This document shows, one piece after another, positions 56,900-64,000 of a stretch of 64,000 bases of DNA. Made by a program: the position numbers and the translations under genes. The stretch comes from Marsupella aquatica. Lineage: Eukaryota > Plantae > Marchantiophyta. The notes below the pieces were generated by a model, which saw only the letters and a list, made by a program, of their open reading frames with translations, made no database searches and was not told the DNA's origin. The DNA lies in NCBI GenBank assembly GCA_973895155.1, contig OZ316896.1, positions 19,766,754 to 19,830,753 of the forward strand. The letters run 5' to 3'. Positions within the stretch are counted from its first letter, which is position 1, and each line of letters begins with the position of its first letter.

Positions 56900-57330
56900 T
56901 GGACTTGTAAATCCCCCTTAATAGCACTCCACATAATGAGCCCACTACTTGCCATGCAGGATCAGTACAAAACATGTGAATGGCATGTAGTTCTTGTGAA
57001 GCCCAACTAGAGCAATTCATACTCATTACACACTTCCAAATTTAATCTCAAACTCAAGGAGTAAAAAGAAGCCATGGCCCATATATCTTGTGGAGCCACC
57101 CTCAGGCAGGGCACCCACTTCTGGACTTGAAGGATCTGTAGATACCAGATCTATATGGGCCCTAGTTCTTGTCAAGCCCAATTGTAGCATTAAGGCATTA
57201 AGGCATCAGTTTTCTCTCAATACATGGTCCAGATGTAATCAAAGAAGCAATGGCTCTGGATTTCTTGTAAAGCCACCCTAAGGCAGGGCACCCACTCCTT
57301 GCCATGTAGGATCCATGTAGAGACCATATT
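56900..57330. repeat. Diverged ~180-bp repeat x~2.5
   Basis: cttgt..agccaccct.aggcagggcacccact and tagttcttgt.aagcccaa each recur. Confidence 0.6.
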
Positions 57331-58633
57331 TAAATGGGGTCCCCTTCTTGTGAATCACAATGGCAACAGTTCCCACTCATTCCGCGGCCCAAACTTAATC
57401 TAGGAGGAAATAAAAAGAAACAATGGACCTGGACATCTTGAAAAGCCAGACTTTGGGCCCTCTTGCATGTGAAGTTTCTTTTCCGCCCTAAACTGATTGG
57501 GTGGCATTTCAAGACTGAGTGAGAGTTTATGCCTCAACAACCTCCTTAGGGAAGCCTGAATTCATATTTGGTGGAGAACCAAGGGCCCTTGAGGTCCCAA
57601 ACCTTCAAAAGTGAGTAAAGCAAGGTTTTGTCTTCACACATTTTACTGCCACAATTCCCGCATTCTGCCCTTAAAATAAGCGAGAGGAAAATGACAAGAA
57701 GGGACTCGCAAGTGCTTCGGCAGATCACACAACACATTTGCAGATTCTCTGGAGAATAGAGAAACTTTAGTTAGGACTCCCCGAGGGCCGGAAACTGAAG
57801 GACTCCTCTCATGCCCCTTCTCAGGGCAAGTTCAGAGAACTCGGCCAGCCAAAGTCTGTGCATCTTTTCATGGACAGTTTCTTGTGCCAAACCTGAGAAT
57901 CTACCCCGGTCCACCTGTTTTTGATGCCCCGGGCCAGTTTTGTGTAGGGTAACCCATTCCCAAGAGGGGGCAATCTTATTTATAAAGCACCAACTACAAG
58001 CTACAGTTGGGGCCTAGGCTTTTAGAGTGAAGCCTCTAGACCGTAACTCCATGACTTATCATGTGGATGAAAAACTCATGACCATGATCTATGTCAAATG
58101 ATACACATGTATACTTTTTGTCATGATTCCTATTTACCATCACATATGTGCATAGAAAGAGGGATGTGTATAGAAAAGAATATGATTGATATGTTATATA
58201 TAATTATTAAAATGATTACCCACATGACTATTTTTTTTATCATTTCATTAATCTTCAAAGAATGTGAATTATGAATATGTTTTGGTGACATTTTTAGAGT
58301 AGTCCCCACTATTCATGTTCAAAGGACAGGTAGTCCGGGCTAGTGGGATATATGTAATCCAAGAGGTTGGAGCCATTATCTCCAAGTGGGGAAGAGCTAC
58401 CAAGTGTAAAGGTTGACTGAATTTTTACACATAATTCAGTTCAGTTTTACACAGGAATAGTCTGTCATTGTGTGCACTTACACTATTAAGGCTGGGCCAG
58501 GGGTTTCTTGGTTTCACCTGAGTATAATAACTCATAAACTTGTACACACATACAAATAAAAAATTCAGAAAGTATTTAAGACACTCCATACTCTAGAAAG
58601 GATTTAAGACACTCCATACGAGGAAGGAGCCAG

Positions 58634-58718
58634 CTTGGCCCTGGCTCGGGCCTTTGGCCAAGAGGCGACGAACTCAGCTTGGCTCTGGCCCTGGCCTTTA
58701 GCCAAGAGGCGACGAACT
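58634..58718. repeat. ~44-bp tandem duplication upstream of the kinase-like gene
   Basis: cttggc.ctggc...ggccttt.gccaagaggcgacgaact x2. Confidence 0.85.
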
Positions 58719-60360
58719 TGGTCGGGAGGGAAGGCGCGAGGTGGCTTCTCCACGCACCTCTTGTAACGAGCCTGTCACTCAGTACACGCACCGACCTCAT
58801 CCCACAAGAACCTCGCGACCGACCAACAAGTCCCCGTTCCTCTTCTACAGAACGACCTCATCGTTACACGCACCTCTCGCACCGCACAAGAACCTCGCGA
58901 GCCCCCAAGAACTCCACCCAGCTCTTCTAACGAGCCCTCTCCGGGTTCCACGCACCGCCCGCGCAGCATAAGAACCTCCCGACCCACTTACGAAGAAGGA
59001 TCGCATTGGAAAAGTGGTCCTCACGAAGTCCTTTCGTGCCGTGTGGGGACCAAGCAAATCTCCAGAATCAGCCGATCGACTGAGCGATGAGGGGAGCAGA
59101 GACAAGGAGAGCGACTCCGTGATCATTTCGTTTGTTGCAAGAGCTGCAGTTGCTGCTGTTGTTATTGTTGCTGTTGTTATTGTTGCTGTCGGAGATGGCA
59201 GCGGTTTCAGCTACGATCCTCGGTGCTGTTCTCGGATCCGTTGCTGCTCGGCAGACTGCTGCCACCCCGGCAGACTGCTGCAACCCAGGTGCGGATCTCG
59301 AGCGGAGGCCGTAGCAATCGGCTCTTGGGAGAGGTTCGAGGACTTTCAGGTGCCGTTCTCCCCTTGGTTTTTTCGTTTCAGCTGGGTTTCCTGTGTTTCT
59401 TATCGACTGTAGGAGAAGTAGGAGAAGCGGTCATTCGAGAGAAGCGTTTCCGTGGTCTGCGTGACAAAATGCTTGATCTAGAATGTATGGTGTTGTCATC
59501 CGCTGGAGTTTAGTTTTTGTTTAACATGAAGGTATCTTGTTTCCTACTTGTCTGCAATTTGTGTTGGGCTGTGGGTACTGGATCGTAGAAATTGGGTTTC
59601 CTGGTGTTTTTAATACTGTGAATAGTGTTCTTGATCTAGAAACGATGACACGCCTCGGAAGCTCCAGAGGTAGAAATCAGGTCCTGTGTATTTCTCTCGA
59701 GATTGTGGTGGAGGTGTCCCACGTCGAGTGAGGACTGCTTCACTTGAGAGTTGACTATCTAAAAGCCAGTGGGTGCATAGCATTTCATAGCAGTTTTTTT
59801 TGTAGCCCCTTGTGAGCCTCGCATCGCAACATTCTGCCTTATCACACAGACTATATAGTCCGGGCACAATCACCCTGTGTTTCCCTGGGTCATCCGGGAT
59901 TTGTCCAAGTGAGTCATACAAACGGAAGGAAGGAAAAATTAATGTTCCTCGAGAGCTTTCACTAGCTCGGGAATCCAGATGTGGCAACTCTTTAAGAGGG
60001 CCATCCAACGATGTCCATGTTCCATAGTGTGACCAGAATTCCTTCTCCAATCTACAGAGTTGTTGCCCACGCCTCTCAGAATGAGTCTTTTTCAAACCTT
60101 TTTGTGTATGATCGTGTTGCCTCTTCAGGGGTTTTCACTGCAATGCTTGTGTTGGTGTCCTCTTTGCAGGGTTTTGAAATTTTGTCTCAAAATATAATTT
60201 AAACTGTCTATCACGCTTGTGAAGTGCATCTCCGCTCGTTGAGTTGTTTGTCAATTGGACATTCCGTTTTGGCGAAACATGTGAACCTTGTTTTCTTTAT
60301 TTCGACTCTGCAGGTGGCCGACTTTATTAAACTGCCGATTTGCGCGAGTGAGAGTTTGCC

Positions 60361-61710
60361 ATGGAATCAGCATTGAGGCGAAAATTTTCTTTCTTGAGGC
60401 AGTCGTCTCTGGCACCGCGAGGGATCGGTCAAGTGGGTCTTTCCAAAGAGGAATCCCAGAAGCTTATTTCCGCAGAGCAACTTGACGCCACATTGCAGAT
60501 GCTTTTCTATGCATCCAAAGGAAAACTCGAGGAAGTGAAGGAGATGCTTGAAGTCAAGAAAACTCCTGTCGATTCAACTGACTTTGATCATCGGACAGCG
60601 TTACATGTGGCAGCTTGTGAAGATCAGGTGGAGATAGTGAAATATTTACTGGACAAAGGTGCTAATGTAAATTGTGTAGATCAATGGGGCAGCACACCTT
60701 TGGCAGATGCGCAGCATTACGGAAACATAGAGGTCTGTAATATACTTGAAAAGAAGGGAGGAAACTTGGCAAAAAATGCACGGAATTCCCTTATGCGCAT
60801 ATCAAGCTCATTGGTGCCAGAGTACGAAATTAAACACGATACATTGGATTTTAGCATTCCACAGGGTAACAAGAAAGGTGAGGAGTACAGAGTGGCAATG
60901 TGGCAGGGTACAAAAGTCTGGGTCAAGTTCCTTCCAGGAATAAAATGCGCCGATGACGAACTGTTACTTAACTTCAAGGACGAGTTAGCCCTCTTACTGA
61001 AGCTTCGGCACCCGAATGTCGTCCAGTTTCTCGGGGCTGTCACTCAGGCAAGTCCCATGATGATTGTGACAGAGTTCCTCACTGGGGGGAGTCTCAGAGC
61101 ATACATGGACGAGAGAGGTAGGCGCTTAGATGCTATGAAAGCTCTGACATTTGCTCTAGATATCGCCAGAGGCCTGAACTATCTACATGAACTTAAGCCT
61201 TTTTCTATCGTCCACCGGAACTTGAAACCCAGCAATCTTCTCCTGGGCGAAGCATCAGGGCACATCAAGGTTGCAAATTTTATGTTGAGTCGGACAATAA
61301 TGGAGAAGCCAACCGTGGTGGATTCCGTTTCAGGAAGCAACCAAGACCGTTTCTCGGGCAGTTTCTGTCGCTACATGGCGCCAGAGATTTTGAAGCATGG
61401 ATCGTACGACAAAAGCGTGGATGTTTTTTCTTTTGGCCTGATCCTTCAAGAGATGTTTGAAGGCCATCATCCATTCCCTGAGATGAAAGAAGATATTCAA
61501 GTTGCTGAGGAGTATAATCAGGGTAATCGGCCTCCGTTTAGACACGTAGCGAGACACTACCCACCTCTGGTGAAAGAGCTCATAGAAGAATGTTGGGACA
61601 GTGATCCCTCTAAGAGACCTCACATCGGCAATGTTATCCAGCGACTCGAACACATTAAGGGCACGAACTGGAAAAGCAGAATCAAGGACTTTTTAAGGAG
61701 TAAGAGCTAG
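60361..61710 (+). CDS. Ankyrin-repeat Raf-like kinase-domain protein (integrin-linked kinase family), 449 aa, intronless CDS, predicted pseudokinase
   Basis: N-terminal FLRQSSLAP motif; ankyrin repeats (DFDHRTALHVAACE, DQWGSTPLADA); kinase fold (LRHPNVVQFLGAV, ALDIARGLNYLHE, RYMAPE, VDVFSFG, CWDSDPSKRP) but HRN replaces HRD and NFM replaces DFG. Confidence 0.92.
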   Translation: MESALRRKFSFLRQSSLAPRGIGQVGLSKEESQKLISAEQLDATLQMLFYASKGKLEEVKEMLEVKKTPVDSTDFDHRTALHVAACEDQVEIVKYLLDKGANVNCVDQWGSTPLADAQHYGNIEVCNILEKKGGNLAKNARNSLMRISSSLVPEYEIKHDTLDFSIPQGNKKGEEYRVAMWQGTKVWVKFLPGIKCADDELLLNFKDELALLLKLRHPNVVQFLGAVTQASPMMIVTEFLTGGSLRAYMDERGRRLDAMKALTFALDIARGLNYLHELKPFSIVHRNLKPSNLLLGEASGHIKVANFMLSRTIMEKPTVVDSVSGSNQDRFSGSFCRYMAPEILKHGSYDKSVDVFSFGLILQEMFEGHHPFPEMKEDIQVAEEYNQGNRPPFRHVARHYPPLVKELIEECWDSDPSKRPHIGNVIQRLEHIKGTNWKSRIKDFLRSKS

Positions 61711-63695
61711 GAAATCTGTACCTTAGAAGCACACTGTAGAACAGATCGAGGGGAATGGGTCTCTTGAAATAATATACCAGGCTGCTGTGGCATTTGCATA
61801 GGATGTCCCTTCCCCGAGTTTCTTCAAGAAGATGAAGATGAAACTAGGTGAGGACTTCCGAAAGGACACCAGGGAATTTCGAGTGGTAGGATTCTCCTGA
61901 GTTTAACCAATTAGTTCAGCCACCTATTGGTCTCTTGAGAGTTCTGATTAGCAGGAGCTACCTCAGTACGGTCGTTTCTTAGGTTTTGAATATCCGCATC
62001 TTCTTTGAAAACACAGTGCAAAGTTCTTTAGCTACGGTTAGGCCCCTGAGCTGTGGGAACCTGGAAGGAATATAGCTTCGGGTTGATTTGCCTGTCGAGT
62101 CCAGGGCATTCCTAATTGGTTTGAGATACTTTGAACAAATCGGCCCGTGGTAAGCCACAAGGACATCCAAGATCGATGAGCAGGCGAAGCACTGCGAGTG
62201 GACAGCAGAAGTAGGAGATTGAGTCGAGAAGATGAATTTGGGGTTCAGGACTGAGCGATTGATATATGATTATTAGTCGACAGAAGCCGACGTATAGACT
62301 GGTTTGAAGCAGTAAATAGGTGAAGGCATACAGTTTCATTTTAGGCTTACGAAAAGTTTGTCCCAACTGGAAGTGGGCCTCGTCCACTACTCTCCACCCA
62401 GAGGTACTTCTGAGAGCAACAGATCCCACATGAGGGAATGTGGTAGAAAGCACAAATGCCAGATTTCAATGAATGAATGGCTCTCTGGCTGACTGAACCT
62501 GAGCCAGAGTTGTTGGACAATGACATTCAAGAGTGAAGTATCAGAGAAGTGTGTCTCCTTTCCGTTGATTTAATGTCCTGCTTGTTAGACTTAGTTACTA
62601 CGCTAGATCACTAGATCATCATACTATTGCAGTGGTATGTGACATCCCAAATCTCAAAGAACCTTATCTCCCTTCATGATTTCGTGTCTCACTAGCAGAC
62701 AACACTACATGATTATCACTATATTGCACAAGTCTGAAATCTCAAAGAACCTCTCCCCTTTGATGATTTCCCCTTTGATGATTTCATGGGCTCCTTGCAG
62801 GTTTAGACACAACACTTCATGTGGGATCATGATGTTATCCCACTATTGATATTTATTCTTTGGCCTTCATGTTTGTTCACAGTTCACCCCCATGATACTC
62901 GTTACATTTAGCTACAGAAATCACTAAAATTTTATTAAGGGGAGCCGTCAGACTGGCTAATAGATCCTGCAACTTGATACTAGACTGGCTAATGAGAACC
63001 AAAACATCTGGCCAATATTTGCCAAAAGTATGTGGATGAGGTGGAATTTGGGAATATTTCACCACTCTAAAAATGTGCCAATGTTGGGTGCCCAACAGAT
63101 TTGGGACAACAAGCTTCTAGCTCCTCTTGATGGATATTGAATCATGTTATTATGCGCTTTTGGGCTGTATTCTTCTCCCTGAGGATTGTGCTGAAGTGTA
63201 AGACGTTTCTTTAAAAGTAATATTTTGAAATGGGAAACCTCCAGTTAGCAAGTGGTTCTTGGTTCACCTTAAAACAAACCAAGGAGGGAAATTTCTTCCT
63301 AACTTTGACTAGAGTTTCTTCATTTCCATTACCTGGCCTTTGTTCTATTGTGCACCCATGTTTGAACCCTTTTTGTGTGTGTTTGTGTGGGGGGGAGCTC
63401 CAAAGCTTTATTTCACAGATAAAGGAACAATGCATAACATCAGGTGAGGCCAAAGGCGCTAACCCAGGGAATGAACATGCACCCAAGAAAGGACTGGAAA
63501 GGAAGCTACTAATCCAAGGTGCTCTGTCAAAAACGATGACATGAGTAGAGGGAACTGCCTCTAAAAGGTTGGCCAAAATCACTAGCGAAGAGCATTCTAA
63601 AGCTTTACTATTATTGCATTACTCTCTACTGTACCATTAAAATAGGGCAATGAGCCTCTTTTTAGTATACATGGAATTGTTCATTTATCAATCAA

Positions 63696-63938
63696 CGAGC
63701 CCTAGGCCAGTGCATTGCCCCATCCTAGGAGGGCCGGCCCATAGGGAGTCGGGCCGGGGCATTTATGGGGCAGCAGGAAGCACATATGTGCTAAGGGTGC
63801 ACATTTATTTCATTAATGGTCAGGGAAAAGAGCTAATCGAATTCGACGGCTGTGGATCTTTCCCACCCAAGAGCTTTTTTGTATTGGGACAAAGGACGAA
63901 GGACGAAAAACAACGGGATCCCTTATTATAGTTGTAGA
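63696..63938 (-). mobile_element. Small non-autonomous Helitron-like element, copy 2
   Basis: Minus strand starts A|TCTACAACTATAATAAGGGATCC and ends ..gcaatgcactggcctagggCTCG|T; shares gggacaaa.gacgaa, taatcgaat and ggg..ggccca.aggg blocks with 702-912. Confidence 0.6.
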
Positions 63939-64000
63939 TGGACACCCCTAAAGTGTACATCCCTGCCCTAACCATGATCACCTACCTTTAAGTGCAATTT

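Overview
Eukaryotic land-plant genomic DNA; compact intron-rich genes suggest a non-seed plant such as a bryophyte (inference). Six protein-coding genes can be assembled with GT-AG splice phases that add up: POP1 (RNase P/MRP subunit, +, with a large repetitive insertion), an NTAN1-type N-terminal asparagine amidohydrolase (-), the CDC48C/NVL/Rix7 AAA-ATPase (-), a Delta7-sterol C5-desaturase (-), a myotubularin phosphatase (-) and an intronless ankyrin-kinase of the ILK type (+). The ILK-type gene has lost both catalytic aspartates, so it is probably a retroposed pseudokinase. Intergenic DNA holds two copies of a small Helitron-like element, a 1.5 kb foldback element, a MITE-like hairpin, a short insert flanked by 30-bp direct repeats, decayed LINE-like fragments and many tandem repeats. 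The most striking unexplained feature is a ~610-nt non-coding segment (~39064-39692) that folds into a dozen nested, G-U-containing helices with end-to-end pairing. It resembles a large ornate structured RNA of the bacterial/phage ROOL class rather than any plant RNA. All calls are by eye; no searches were run.
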